Assembly (NCBI GenBank): GCA_902612095.1
Contig: CACMBZ010000005.1
Coordinates: 274-64,273, forward strand
Origin: an uncultured Pelagibacteraceae bacterium
GTDB lineage: Bacteria; Pseudomonadota; Alphaproteobacteria; Pelagibacterales; AG-422-B15
DNA: 64,000 nt
Direction of reading: 5' to 3'
In this document: piece after piece, positions 10,723-20,951 of the stretch
How positions within the stretch are numbered: the first letter of the stretch is position 1
How the letters are laid out: each line of letters opens with the position of its first letter
The notes under the pieces: model-generated
Told to the model about the DNA's origin: nothing
What the model saw: only the letters and a program-made list of their open reading frames with translations
Databases searched by the model: none
Translations under genes and position numbers: made by a program

Positions 10723-11225
10723 TGTTCCTCTATAAATGAATTTATTACTTGATTAAATCCTTGCACTGAACCAGCCCCAGACTTTACATAGGCTTTTGAA
10801 AGTGAATTGATAATTGGTTTTATTGCCTCGTTTAAAACCTTGTTAGCATTATCTGTCATAAATAAATTTTTTTTTCTTGCATCATCATTGTTTATTTTTT
10901 GAATAATTAAGTTTTCTTTGATTAGAACTCTGAGTACACGATTAAGGCTTTGTTTCCTTATATCCAATTTCTTCAGTAGTTCATTAAATGTTATTCCAGG
11001 CTTAATATTAATTATCAAAAGACATCTAATATCGGCTATGCCCAATTTTTTATCATCAAGGCTTGCTAAAATTTCTTTTTCCAGAATTTTTGCAACTTCA
11101 AAAAAACTATTTAATGAATTTTTGATTCTGTCTTCACGCAGATAAAGTAGAGATGCAGATTTATTTGATATTGTATTTAAGTCAGCCACTATGACATAAT
11201 AATCTGAAAAATATATGTTAATCAA
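10719..11225 (-). CDS. MarR-family transcriptional regulator
   Basis: 168 aa. Central winged-HTH region (ITFNELLKKLDIRKQSLNRVLRVLIKENLI..DDARKK). Overlaps the response-regulator start by 4 nt. Confidence 0.65.
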   Translation of the reverse strand: MINIYFSDYYVIVADLNTISNKSASLLYLREDRIKNSLNSFFEVAKILEKEILASLDDKKLGIADIRCLLIINIKPGITFNELLKKLDIRKQSLNRVLRVLIKENLIIQKINNDDARKKNLFMTDNANKVLNEAIKPIINSLSKAYVKSGAGSVQGFNQVINSFIEEH

Positions 11226-11270
11226 GCCATTTATCTGTTATTAAACTTTTAATTTATTAGAGTAATTTAT

Positions 11271-12152
11271 ATGGAAATAGCACCATTTGATAATCGAGAG
11301 GGTTTTATTTGGATGAACGGAGAGTTTATTAAGTGGAATGATGCAAAATGCCATGTTATTACTCAGGGTCTTCACTATGCTAGTGCTGTGTTTGAAGGTG
11401 AAAGAGCCTATAAAGGGAAGATTTTTAAATCTGAAGAACACACAAAAAGGCTATTTAGATCAGCGGAAATTGTAGGCATAAAAATTCCTTATAGTCAGTC
11501 CCAAATTAATGAGGCCAAAGATGAACTCATTAAAAAAATGAATTTTGAAGATTGTTATGTTAGGCCAATTGCATGGAGAGGGTCTCAGCAAATGGGAATT
11601 TCAACTGCTAAATCTGATATTAATGTTGCAATTGCAGTGTGGAATGATTGGGCATCATATTTTAAGATCGAAGATCGAAAAGCTGGCCTACGATTAATAA
11701 CTTCACCATGGAAACGGCCATCACCTGATACGGCACCGTGTGAAGCAAAAGCATCTGGTCCTTACGTTATTTGTACAATGTCAAAAGAATTTGCGGAGGA
11801 AAAAGGATACCATGATGCCCTAATGTTGGACTATAGGGGCTATGTTGCTGAAGGTACTGGAGCAAATATTTTCTTTATTAAAGGAAAAGAAATTCATACT
11901 CCAATTCCTGATTGTTTTCTTAATGGAATAACTAGGCAAACTGTTATTGAAATGGTTAAAGAACAAGGCTTTAATATTACTGAGCGTCATATAAAGCCAG
12001 AAGAAATTAGTAATTTTGATGAGGCCTTTCTAACAGGCACCGCTGCAGAGATTACTCCAATTCAGTCTATTGACGATATTAAATTCAATACTGGAGACAA
12101 TACCCAAAATTTTAAGTTTATGCAGGATTATCACGAAATCGTGAGATCTTAA
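11271..12152 (+). CDS. ilvE: branched-chain amino acid aminotransferase
   Basis: 293 aa fold-type IV PLP enzyme. LHYASAVFEGERAY, Y.RP and the GTG.NIF/TGTAAE.TP motifs. Confidence 0.9.
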   Translation: MEIAPFDNREGFIWMNGEFIKWNDAKCHVITQGLHYASAVFEGERAYKGKIFKSEEHTKRLFRSAEIVGIKIPYSQSQINEAKDELIKKMNFEDCYVRPIAWRGSQQMGISTAKSDINVAIAVWNDWASYFKIEDRKAGLRLITSPWKRPSPDTAPCEAKASGPYVICTMSKEFAEEKGYHDALMLDYRGYVAEGTGANIFFIKGKEIHTPIPDCFLNGITRQTVIEMVKEQGFNITERHIKPEEISNFDEAFLTGTAAEITPIQSIDDIKFNTGDNTQNFKFMQDYHEIVRS

Positions 12153-12153
12153 C

Positions 12154-12696
12154 TTAAAATATACTTTTGTAATATTGATAAGCGCTGATCAGCGTAATTA
12201 TAGTTGACAGCCAGAACAGATAAATACCTATGTTTAATAAAGGCTGCAAATCTATGTAGATGCTTCCTATTAAGATCAAAAATAAACTCAAAATTTGAAA
12301 AGCAGTTTTATATTTTCCTAATATAGAAACATCTATTTTTTTTACTTCTGGTAAATTAGATGCATACTCTCTTAGACCAGAGATAAAAATTTCTCTAAAT
12401 ATTATTAAGTAAGCTGGAATTAAATTTATCTCATTAATATAATCATTATAGATAAATGTAATTATTAACAGTACTACAAATAGCTTATCTGCAATAGGAT
12501 CTAACATTTTACCAAATTCAGATGTACTATTTGTTTTTCTTGCAATTACCCCATCAAAATAATCTGACAATGCAATAACAATAAACAAAATAAGAATTGC
12601 CAAATTAAATGAGCTATTACTATCTATGATTAAATATATTAATAATGGTAATAAAAAAATTCTAAGAAGAGTGAGAAAATTTGGTAACTTAGACAT
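12154..12696 (-). CDS. pgsA: CDP-diacylglycerol--glycerol-3-phosphate 3-phosphatidyltransferase
   Basis: 180 aa. CDP-alcohol phosphatidyltransferase motif DYFDGVIARK...GKMLDPIADK. Confidence 0.85.
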   Translation of the reverse strand: MSKLPNFLTLLRIFLLPLLIYLIIDSNSSFNLAILILFIVIALSDYFDGVIARKTNSTSEFGKMLDPIADKLFVVLLIITFIYNDYINEINLIPAYLIIFREIFISGLREYASNLPEVKKIDVSILGKYKTAFQILSLFLILIGSIYIDLQPLLNIGIYLFWLSTIITLISAYQYYKSIF

Positions 12697-14528
12697 TATC
12701 CATTAAAATATGCATATATTTTTTCTGAAAGCAACTTACTAATTCCTCTAACTTTCATCATATCCTGAGCTGAGGCATTTTTAATATTTTTAACTGATCC
12801 AAAATGATTTAAAAGTAATTTTCTTCTGCTTCGTCCTAAACCTTCTATTGGTTCTAATTCTGAGGCATGCATTTCCCTCTTTCTTTTCGCTTTATGTGCC
12901 CCGATTGCGTAGCGATGTGACTCATCTCTAATTCTCTGAATAAAGAAAAAGGAGGGAGTATTTTTGTCGATAAAGTTTTTTTTATTTTTATATATTATTT
13001 GATCTAATGACTCTTTTCTTCCCTCACCCTTAAATATTGATATTAGTTCCATTTCATTTAAACCTTTAGTTTCTAAGATTTCTCTAGCTAAATCGTAGTG
13101 GCCTTTACCTCCATCAATAACCAATAAATCAGGCAATTTTTCATATTTCTTAGAATTTTTGATTGCTTCTTTTGAAAATCTTCTTTCAAGGACGTGCCTC
13201 ATCATTCCATAATCATCACCGAGTTTTACTTTTGATGAGTCTATATTAAATTTTCTGTATGATTTTTTTTCAAACCCTTCTTCAGAGTAAACAATCATCG
13301 CACCAACTGCATTTTTGCCCGATAGATGACTGTTGTCATAGGCTTCAACTCTTTTTATTTTTTTTGTGATATTGAGTACTTTTGAAAGTTGGCTCAGATT
13401 CTCTTTGTCAGAGTGAGACTGTGCAATGTGATTTTTAAGTGCTAGTTCTGAGTTTCTACTCGCATAATTCACTATATCTAATTTTTTTCCTTTTTTAGGG
13501 ACAAAAAAAGATGTTTTGTAATTATAAATGGATTTAAGAGATGTTTCGATAAGAGATGAATTTTTTATAGGTAAGTTTAACAATACATTTTTTGGAGGGG
13601 AATATCTTGTATAGAAATCAACAATAAAACGCTCTAGGATCTCATAAGTTTCTACTTCATCGCTGTGTTTTGGAAAATAAGATCTATTTCCCCAATTTTG
13701 ACCTGATCTATAAATAAATACTTGAACACATGATTTATTACCTTTTCTTGAAATTGAAATCACGTCAGTATTTTTTACATCGTAAAGATTTATGTTTTGC
13801 TGACTTTGAATCTGGGTTAGTGCAACTATCTTATCTCTATAGCTAGCTGCTTTTTCATAATTAAGACTTTTACTTTCTTCATCCATTTTAGAAGATAACT
13901 CCTCTTGTAAATTGCTATGTTGACCTGAAAGAAAGTGCTCAGCATTCTTAACACTTTGTAAATACTCTTTTTTACTTAATGTATAATCAACGCAGGGACC
14001 ACTGCACCTTTCAATTTGATAAAGAAGACATGGTTTAGATCTATTTTGAAAAATAGTATCATCGCACGACCTTAGTAGAAAAACTTTCTGTAATATTTTC
14101 AGCGTATAATTTAGTGAATTAATTGTTGCGAACGGACCAAAATATTTTCCTTTATATTTTTGTTTTCCTCTATGTTTTGAAATTTGTGGAAATTCTTGTT
14201 CATGATTAATAAAAATATAAGGAAATGATTTATCATCTCGTAAAAGTATATTGAAAGGAGGTTTAAGTTTTTTTATTAAGTTTGCCTCAAGCAACAAAGC
14301 TTCTTTTTCTGTCTCAGTAATAATTACTTCAATATTTGATATTCTACTAACCATCCTTCTGATTCGATTTGAGAGATTGTTAGTGTTTAGATAGCTTTTA
14401 AGTCTATTTTGGAGATTTTTTGCTTTGCCAACATACATAATCTCTTCTTTTTCATTAAGCATTTTATAAATACCGGAGGAAGAGGGGGATTGGTCAATTA
14501 TTTCTTTAATATTCTCAAGATTATTCAT
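12696..14528 (-). CDS. uvrC: excinuclease ABC subunit C
   Basis: 610 aa. GIY-YIG N-terminus (GIYKMLNE..IMYVGKAKNL), UVR domain, RNase H-like endonuclease domain and C-terminal (HhH)2. Confidence 0.95.
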   Translation of the reverse strand: MNNLENIKEIIDQSPSSSGIYKMLNEKEEIMYVGKAKNLQNRLKSYLNTNNLSNRIRRMVSRISNIEVIITETEKEALLLEANLIKKLKPPFNILLRDDKSFPYIFINHEQEFPQISKHRGKQKYKGKYFGPFATINSLNYTLKILQKVFLLRSCDDTIFQNRSKPCLLYQIERCSGPCVDYTLSKKEYLQSVKNAEHFLSGQHSNLQEELSSKMDEESKSLNYEKAASYRDKIVALTQIQSQQNINLYDVKNTDVISISRKGNKSCVQVFIYRSGQNWGNRSYFPKHSDEVETYEILERFIVDFYTRYSPPKNVLLNLPIKNSSLIETSLKSIYNYKTSFFVPKKGKKLDIVNYASRNSELALKNHIAQSHSDKENLSQLSKVLNITKKIKRVEAYDNSHLSGKNAVGAMIVYSEEGFEKKSYRKFNIDSSKVKLGDDYGMMRHVLERRFSKEAIKNSKKYEKLPDLLVIDGGKGHYDLAREILETKGLNEMELISIFKGEGRKESLDQIIYKNKKNFIDKNTPSFFFIQRIRDESHRYAIGAHKAKRKREMHASELEPIEGLGRSRRKLLLNHFGSVKNIKNASAQDMMKVRGISKLLSEKIYAYFNG

Positions 14529-14956
14529 TATTCTGAACGAGAGCGTTCAACTTCGATGCCTGCGCTTTCAGCTTCTTGAATTGCATCAAGTTTTTCAAGT
14601 CTTATCTTCATAGTTTGAATTCTTTTGTTTTTAAAACACTCCTGAAATATTTTTTCAGCAAGTTTTTCTAGTAAAATTGTATGACCAGATTTAATAATTT
14701 TTTTAATTTTTTTTGAAATCTGATTATAACAAACAACACTGTACAATTTATCATCATTTATTTTTTTTGGATTTTTAACTTTAGCAATTATATTTATGCG
14801 GAGTGGTTGGCTCTTTATTTTCTCGTGTTTGTATACTCCAATGTTTGCATCGATCATAAAATCATTTAAAAAGATTAAATCGTATCCAGAATTTGGATTG
14901 ATCAAATCTGTTTCTGACCTTAATTCACTTAATTTAAGAATATTCTTTGCTGTCAT
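14528..14956 (-). CDS. folB: dihydroneopterin aldolase-like protein
   Basis: 142 aa. IGVYKHEK..QPLRINI, VVCYNQI and LLEKLAEKI follow the FolB tunnelling-fold pattern. Abuts an SDR gene upstream. Confidence 0.65.
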   Translation of the reverse strand: MTAKNILKLSELRSETDLINPNSGYDLIFLNDFMIDANIGVYKHEKIKSQPLRINIIAKVKNPKKINDDKLYSVVCYNQISKKIKKIIKSGHTILLEKLAEKIFQECFKNKRIQTMKIRLEKLDAIQEAESAGIEVERSRSE

Positions 14957-15675
14957 GATAAATGTTCCCCACCATCTACAGCTATAAATTGACCTGTAAT
15001 TGATTTTGATTCAAGAAGAAATTTAACTGTTTTGGCAATCTCCTCAGGCGGTGAACCTATTTTAAGTAAAGTATTTTTGATCGATTGATCAAAATGTTTT
15101 TTTGATTGATGAATATTTTTAAGTGTCGGACCTGGGCCAATCGCATTAACCCTAATGTTAGGAGCAAATGATTTTGCCATGATTGTAGTTGCAGATAGTA
15201 AAGCAGATTTTGAAATGGAGTAGGAAAAGAACGATGTATCTGGATTGACTACATTTTGATCCAATATATTTATGATATGCCCTAAGCTCTTTTTTGGAAG
15301 TTGTTTATTAAATTCTTTAGATATTATTAGAGGGGCGTATAAGTTTATATTCATATGATCATACCAAAGTTTATCATTTAAATTTTCTATATTATCATTG
15401 ATGAATAAGGAGGCATTATTAACAATTGCATGTATTGGTCCAAAGAATTTTTTACTTCTTTTAATTATATCTTTAACATCAGATATTTTAGACAAATCAG
15501 TTTTCACTATTTCGCAATCGCGCCCGTGACCATTAATAGTATTTTTCAACTCTCTGGCTGCTTTTGAAGACTTATTATAGTGTATTATAAAATTATAATT
15601 AGAGTCTTTGAGAAATAGTGCAATTGATCTACCAATTCTTTGGGAACCGCCTGTAATTAATATTGTTTTTTTCAT
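14953..15675 (-). CDS. short-chain dehydrogenase/reductase (pteridine-reductase/FolM-like by context)
   Basis: 240 aa. TGGSQRIG Rossmann motif, NNAS, and YSISK catalytic Tyr-x3-Lys. Confidence 0.75.
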   Translation of the reverse strand: MKKTILITGGSQRIGRSIALFLKDSNYNFIIHYNKSSKAARELKNTINGHGRDCEIVKTDLSKISDVKDIIKRSKKFFGPIHAIVNNASLFINDNIENLNDKLWYDHMNINLYAPLIISKEFNKQLPKKSLGHIINILDQNVVNPDTSFFSYSISKSALLSATTIMAKSFAPNIRVNAIGPGPTLKNIHQSKKHFDQSIKNTLLKIGSPPEEIAKTVKFLLESKSITGQFIAVDGGEHLS

Positions 15676-16607
15676 AATATAAAAGAATACCCAAGATATA
15701 AAAAATAACTAATCAAGAAAAAAGCAGAGTGTATTTTTCTCATTTGAATTCTTAAAATTGCCATAAGAGCTATCATCAAAGTTACTAATATTAAAATATA
15801 TATGTGAAATACATCTATATTTTTTAGAGAATATTCAAGCCCTCTAAGTTGAACAATTATAACCCCTGGTAGGAAAACAAACAGTATGTTCATAATGTTG
15901 CTACCAATAACATTACCAATACCTATAGAGCCCTTCTTTTTTAAGTAAGAAATAATAACAGTTATCAATTCAGGTAAGGATGTACCAATGGCCAGAACAA
16001 AAATACCTATTAGTACCTCGTTAACTCCTAACGTTTGAAAAATATTCAGTGAGCTGTCTAAAAAAATTTTCCCACCGATAAAAATGCCTATGAAGGCACT
16101 TAGTAAAATTAAATAAGTGTATCTTCCAAAAATTTTTTGTTCTTCATTTTGATCTGAGGATTTATAATTACGAAGAAAATTGATAAAGAACAAAGTTAAA
16201 ACTAAATAGCCGATTGTGTGAATGAGAGTGACTGTTTGGCTAATATAAAATAAGAGGGCGAAGTATAAAGATATTAAAAGTAAGAAAATAATATCCTTAG
16301 TGCCTAATTTATCTAGATTAATTTTGAAAAAAAATGCTGAAGTTCCTAAAATTAGTAAAATATTTGCAATATTAGATCCTATAATATTTCCGGTAATGGC
16401 ATCAGTAGCTGGAACGATCTTTGTTGCAGCAAATAGAGTTATAACTAGTTCAGGTGCTGATGTACCAAACGCTACAATTGTTAAACCTATTAATACTGGG
16501 GATAAATTGAACTTTTTAGCAATTGCGTCAGCCGACTCAATCATTTTATCTGCACTGTATAAAAGAAGAGATAATCCTATTAACAGTATGCAGAAATCTA
16601 TAAACAT
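15672..16607 (-). CDS. CaCA-family sodium/calcium exchanger membrane protein (YrbG-like)
   Basis: 311 aa. Duplicated alpha-repeats GTSAPELV..GNIIGSNIANILLILG and GTSLPEL..GNVIGSNIMNILFV. Confidence 0.85.
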   Translation of the reverse strand: MFIDFCILLIGLSLLLYSADKMIESADAIAKKFNLSPVLIGLTIVAFGTSAPELVITLFAATKIVPATDAITGNIIGSNIANILLILGTSAFFFKINLDKLGTKDIIFLLLISLYFALLFYISQTVTLIHTIGYLVLTLFFINFLRNYKSSDQNEEQKIFGRYTYLILLSAFIGIFIGGKIFLDSSLNIFQTLGVNEVLIGIFVLAIGTSLPELITVIISYLKKKGSIGIGNVIGSNIMNILFVFLPGVIIVQLRGLEYSLKNIDVFHIYILILVTLMIALMAILRIQMRKIHSAFFLISYFLYLGYSFIL

Positions 16608-18661
16608 TAAGTAAAGTACTTTCTTTTTTTCCTTTTATTTTTTTTATAAACTATATTGCTGTTGGATGGTAACTCTAATTCATTATTCTCAAGCCTTTTT
16701 ATCTCATCTCTTAACTTAGCAGCTTCTTCAAAATTGAGATCATCAGCAAAATCCATCATATTTTTCTTAAGTTCCTCAAGATGTTTTTTTAGATTATTTC
16801 CGACGAGATGTTTTTCTGTACTCTTCAAATCAACGTTTACACGATCATTTTCATAAATACTTTCAAGAATATCACTAATATCCCTCTTAATAGTTTGAGG
16901 TGTAATATTATTTTCTTTGTTGTATTTCTTTTGTATATCTCTTCTTCTGTCAGTCTCACTTATTGCTTTTTTTATACTTTCTGTTTCTTTATCGGCATAC
17001 AGTATTACTCTTCCATCTACATTCCTTGCTGCTCTACCGATTGTCTGTACCAATGACCTCTCTGATCTTAAGAAGCCTTCTTTATCAGCATCTAATATTG
17101 CGACTAAAGCACATTCAGGTATATCCAAACCTTCTCTAAGTAAATTGATACCCACTAACACGTCGAACAATCCCTTTCTAAGGTCGCGGATAATTTCAAT
17201 TCTCTCTAATGTATCAATATCTGAATGCATATATTTTACTTTTATTCCGTTTTCATGCATATACTCTGACAAGTCCTCAGCCATGCGTTTAGTAAGTGTT
17301 GTCACTAATACTCGGTATTTAAGATCAATAATTTTTTTACATTCTGATATTAAATCTTCAACTTGAGTTTTTGCAGGCCTTATTTCAACCTCTGGATCAA
17401 TCAACCCTGTTGGCCTTATTATTTGTTCAGTAAATACCCCTTGAGTTTTTTGCATTTCCCATGGTCCTGGAGTAGCAGAAATGAATAAACTTTGAGGGCG
17501 CATCATTTCCCATTCCTCAAACTTTAATGGTCTGTTATCTAAACAAGATGGCAATCTAAAGCCGTATTCTGACAGTGTTGTTTTTCTGCTTCGGTCACCT
17601 TTATACATGCCTTCTAATTGAGGTACTGTGACATGACTTTCATCAACAAAAAGGAGTGCATTGTCAGGCAAGTATTCAAAAAGTGTTGGAGGCGGTTCGC
17701 CTGGATTTCTTCCAGAGAGATATCTTGAATAATTCTCAATACCTGGACAACTACCCGTTGCCTCAATCATTTCTAAATCAAACCTTGTTCTTTCTTCTAT
17801 TCGTTGAGCCTCTATTAATTTATTTTCTTTTTTAAATTCAGGAATCCTTACTTCTAAATCTTTTCGTATTTGTTTTATGGCAGTATCAAGTGTTGGCCTT
17901 GGAGTGACGTAGTGACTGTTTGCATAAATTTTTATAGTTTCTAACTCAGCTGTCTTTTTTCCAGTCAATGGATCAAATTCACTTATCGACTCGAGATCAT
18001 CTCCGAATAATGATAATTTCCACGCGCGGTCTTCGTAATGGGATGGAAAAACCTCAATCAAGTCTCCACGCACTCTAAATGTGCCTCTATGAAAATCTGT
18101 GTCGTTTCGGTTATATTGTAGCGTGATGAGTTTTTGAATAATTTCATTTCGTCCAATCTTTTGATTTTTTTCTAACCGAATAGTCATTGATCTATACGTT
18201 TCAACAGAACCTATTCCATAAATACATGAAACACTTGCAACAATTACAACATCTTTTCTCTCAAGTAAGGATTGAGTTGCTGAGTGTCTCATTCGATCGA
18301 TTTGTTCATTTATCGATGCTTCTTTTTCTATGTAAGTATTTGACCTCGGTACGTATGCTTCAGGTATATAATAGTCATAATAAGATACAAAATATTCAAC
18401 AGCATTGTCTGGAAAGAATGACTTCATTTCACCATATAATTGTGCAGCTAAAGTTTTATTTGGAGCAAGTATTAGAGTTGGCCTTTGAAGTTTTTCTATA
18501 ATTTTAGCCATCGTGAAAGTTTTGCCTGATCCAGTTACTCCAAGCAAAACTTGTTCCATCTCATCGCCTTTAATGCTTTTAACAATTTCTTCAATTGCTT
18601 GAGGCTGATCTCCAGCAGGTTTGTATTCAGATGTGACTTTAAGAACTTCAGAATTTGGCAT
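16607..18661 (-). CDS. uvrB: excinuclease ABC subunit B
   Basis: 684 aa. [10 protein letters not shown] Walker A, DESH box, helicase C domain and C-terminal UVR domain ([11 protein letters not shown]). Confidence 0.97.
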   Translation of the reverse strand: MPNSEVLKVTSEYKPAGDQPQAIEEIVKSIKGDEMEQVLLGVTGSGKTFTMAKIIEKLQRPTLILAPNKTLAAQLYGEMKSFFPDNAVEYFVSYYDYYIPEAYVPRSNTYIEKEASINEQIDRMRHSATQSLLERKDVVIVASVSCIYGIGSVETYRSMTIRLEKNQKIGRNEIIQKLITLQYNRNDTDFHRGTFRVRGDLIEVFPSHYEDRAWKLSLFGDDLESISEFDPLTGKKTAELETIKIYANSHYVTPRPTLDTAIKQIRKDLEVRIPEFKKENKLIEAQRIEERTRFDLEMIEATGSCPGIENYSRYLSGRNPGEPPPTLFEYLPDNALLFVDESHVTVPQLEGMYKGDRSRKTTLSEYGFRLPSCLDNRPLKFEEWEMMRPQSLFISATPGPWEMQKTQGVFTEQIIRPTGLIDPEVEIRPAKTQVEDLISECKKIIDLKYRVLVTTLTKRMAEDLSEYMHENGIKVKYMHSDIDTLERIEIIRDLRKGLFDVLVGINLLREGLDIPECALVAILDADKEGFLRSERSLVQTIGRAARNVDGRVILYADKETESIKKAISETDRRRDIQKKYNKENNITPQTIKRDISDILESIYENDRVNVDLKSTEKHLVGNNLKKHLEELKKNMMDFADDLNFEEAAKLRDEIKRLENNELELPSNSNIVYKKNKRKKRKYFT

Positions 18662-18752
18662 TAATTTATTAATTAGTTAGAATATAAATTGTGTATTAAT
18701 CTAATTTAATATAATAGCTGATTGTATAAATAACAAATTCTGGGGATAAGCA

Positions 18753-19955
18753 GTGGTAGAACTATCACACAGTATAAAAAGAATTAAGCCATCGGCCACC
18801 ATGGCAGTGACCCAAAAAGCTCGTGAATTAAAGGCTGCGGGAAAGGATATTATAGGGCTAGGAGCGGGCGAACCTGATTTTGATACTCCAGAAAATATTA
18901 AAAAAGCTGCCATTCAAGCGATAAACGGTGGAGATACCAAATATACCCCCGTTGATGGAACTCCAGAACTGAAGAAAGCAATCAAAGCAAAATTTAAAAG
19001 AGAAAATAATTTAGATTACGAGCTTGATGAAATCTCTGTTGGTACAGGAGGTAAGCAAATTATTTTTAATGCATTTGCCGTCTCCTTAAATGAGTCAGAT
19101 GAAGTAATTATTCCAGCTCCTTATTGGGTAACTTACCCTGATGTCGTTAATTATTTCAATGGAAAACCTATTTTTGTTCAATGTGGTGAAGAGTCAGGAT
19201 TTAAAATAACCCCACAACAACTTGAAAACACAATCAATCAATCAACCAAATGGTTTATTCTTAATTCACCATCAAATCCTACAGGTTCCTGTTATACAAA
19301 GAATGAACTTTTAGAACTTGCAAATGTTTTGAAAAAATATCCACACGTGAACATAATGACAGACGATTTATATGAACATCTTATATACGATGATAATGAA
19401 TTTCATACTTTTGCAAGCATTGCTCCAGAACTTAAAGAAAGAATATTAACATTGAACGGAGTTAGTAAGGCATATGCTATGACAGGCTGGAGAATTGGTT
19501 ATGCGGGAGGAAATGCCAGCTTAATTAAAGCCATGGGCAAGCTTCAGTCTCAATCAACAAGCAATCCAACATCTATCAGTCAAGCTGCAGCTGTTGAAGC
19601 CTTAAATGGAGATAATTCATTCATTGCCGAAAGAGCCAAAGTATTTAAAGGTAGACGTGATTTTCTAATCAATGAATTTACTAGTATGAATGGAATTACT
19701 TGTAGAGTACCTGAAGGTGCATTTTATGTTTTTCCATCATGTAAAGGAGTAATTGGTAAGGTTGATGAGTCGAATAACAAAATTACAAATGATGAAGAAT
19801 TTACGACATCATTATTAGAGCATGCGGGAGTTGCTGTTGTTCAAGGTTCAGCTTTTGGTTTGGAGGGCTACTTTAGAATTTCTTATGCAACTTCAGACGA
19901 AAACTTAAAAAATGCATGCATTAGAATGAGAGATTTTCTAAATAAATTAAGATAA
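18753..19955 (+). CDS. aspartate aminotransferase (class I PLP aminotransferase)
   Basis: 400 aa. LGAGEPDFDTP, NSPSNPTG, the SKAYAMTGWRIGY PLP-lysine motif and YFRISYA. Confidence 0.9.
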   Translation: MVELSHSIKRIKPSATMAVTQKARELKAAGKDIIGLGAGEPDFDTPENIKKAAIQAINGGDTKYTPVDGTPELKKAIKAKFKRENNLDYELDEISVGTGGKQIIFNAFAVSLNESDEVIIPAPYWVTYPDVVNYFNGKPIFVQCGEESGFKITPQQLENTINQSTKWFILNSPSNPTGSCYTKNELLELANVLKKYPHVNIMTDDLYEHLIYDDNEFHTFASIAPELKERILTLNGVSKAYAMTGWRIGYAGGNASLIKAMGKLQSQSTSNPTSISQAAAVEALNGDNSFIAERAKVFKGRRDFLINEFTSMNGITCRVPEGAFYVFPSCKGVIGKVDESNNKITNDEEFTTSLLEHAGVAVVQGSAFGLEGYFRISYATSDENLKNACIRMRDFLNKLR

Positions 19956-20879
19956 TTCAGCTAGGTATTTTTCTGCCTCAAGCGCCGCCATACAACCCAT
20001 ACCAGCTGCAGTAACCGCCTGACGATAAATTTTATCCTTTACATCTCCTGCTGCATATACACCTTCAACGTTTGTAAGTGTTGAGTCAGGTTTTGTAATT
20101 ATATATCCATCTTCATCCATTTCGACTTGGTCCCTAAAAATTTGAGTAGCTGGATCATGCCCTATAGCAACAAAGACACCGTCTAGCTCGATACTGCTGG
20201 TTTCGTTAGTTTTTGTATTTTTAATGCTTATACTTTTTACATTTAGAGGATCTTCATCGCCAACTATTTCTTTTAGTTCGCTATCCCACACACACTCAAC
20301 TTTTTCATTTTTAAACAATCTATCTTGGAGAATTTTTTCAGCTCGAAGTTCATCACGCCTATGAACAAGGTACACTTTAGATGCAAAGTTGGTTAAATAT
20401 AAAGCTTCCTCAACAGCTGAATTACCACCGCCGATGACTGCTACCTTTTTTTCCTTAAAAAAGAAGCCATCACAAGTTGCACAAGCTGAAACGCCATATC
20501 CTTGAAATTTTTTTTCAGAATCTAATCCAAGCCATCTTGCTTGAGCTCCTGTTGAGATAATCACTGAGTCGGCAGTATATTCAGTTCCCGACTCGCTAAT
20601 AGCCTTAAATGGCTTACATTTAAAGTCTACACTTTTTATAATGTCATTTATAATATTTGTTCCAACATTTTTTGCTTGTTCTTGCATTTGTTCCATTAAC
20701 CATGGACCTTGTATTACATCCCCGTACCCAGGATAGTTTTCAACATCAGTTGTTATAGTAAGTTGCCCACCTGGCTGCAAACCTTGGACTAAAGTCGGCT
20801 CGAGCATTGCCCTTGCCGCATATATTGCAGCAGTATATCCTGCGGGACCTGAACCTATTATTAGAACTTTTGAATGCAT
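19947..20879 (-). CDS. trxB: thioredoxin-disulfide reductase
   Basis: 310 aa. GSGPAGYTAA FAD motif, redox CATCDG and GGGNSAVEEA NADPH motif. Confidence 0.95.
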   Translation of the reverse strand: MHSKVLIIGSGPAGYTAAIYAARAMLEPTLVQGLQPGGQLTITTDVENYPGYGDVIQGPWLMEQMQEQAKNVGTNIINDIIKSVDFKCKPFKAISESGTEYTADSVIISTGAQARWLGLDSEKKFQGYGVSACATCDGFFFKEKKVAVIGGGNSAVEEALYLTNFASKVYLVHRRDELRAEKILQDRLFKNEKVECVWDSELKEIVGDEDPLNVKSISIKNTKTNETSSIELDGVFVAIGHDPATQIFRDQVEMDEDGYIITKPDSTLTNVEGVYAAGDVKDKIYRQAVTAAGMGCMAALEAEKYLAELS

Positions 20880-20951
20880 TTAATTTTTATAATCTATATA
20901 TTATCTTCTAGTAATTAAAGAACTTTTGTATTCAACATAGATAGTTATTAA

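Noticed and set aside
16656-18501. Several plus-strand ORFs (66-149 aa) within uvrB
   Set aside because: All are antisense to a full-length, highly conserved uvrB, and their translations are S/F/L-rich with no motifs.
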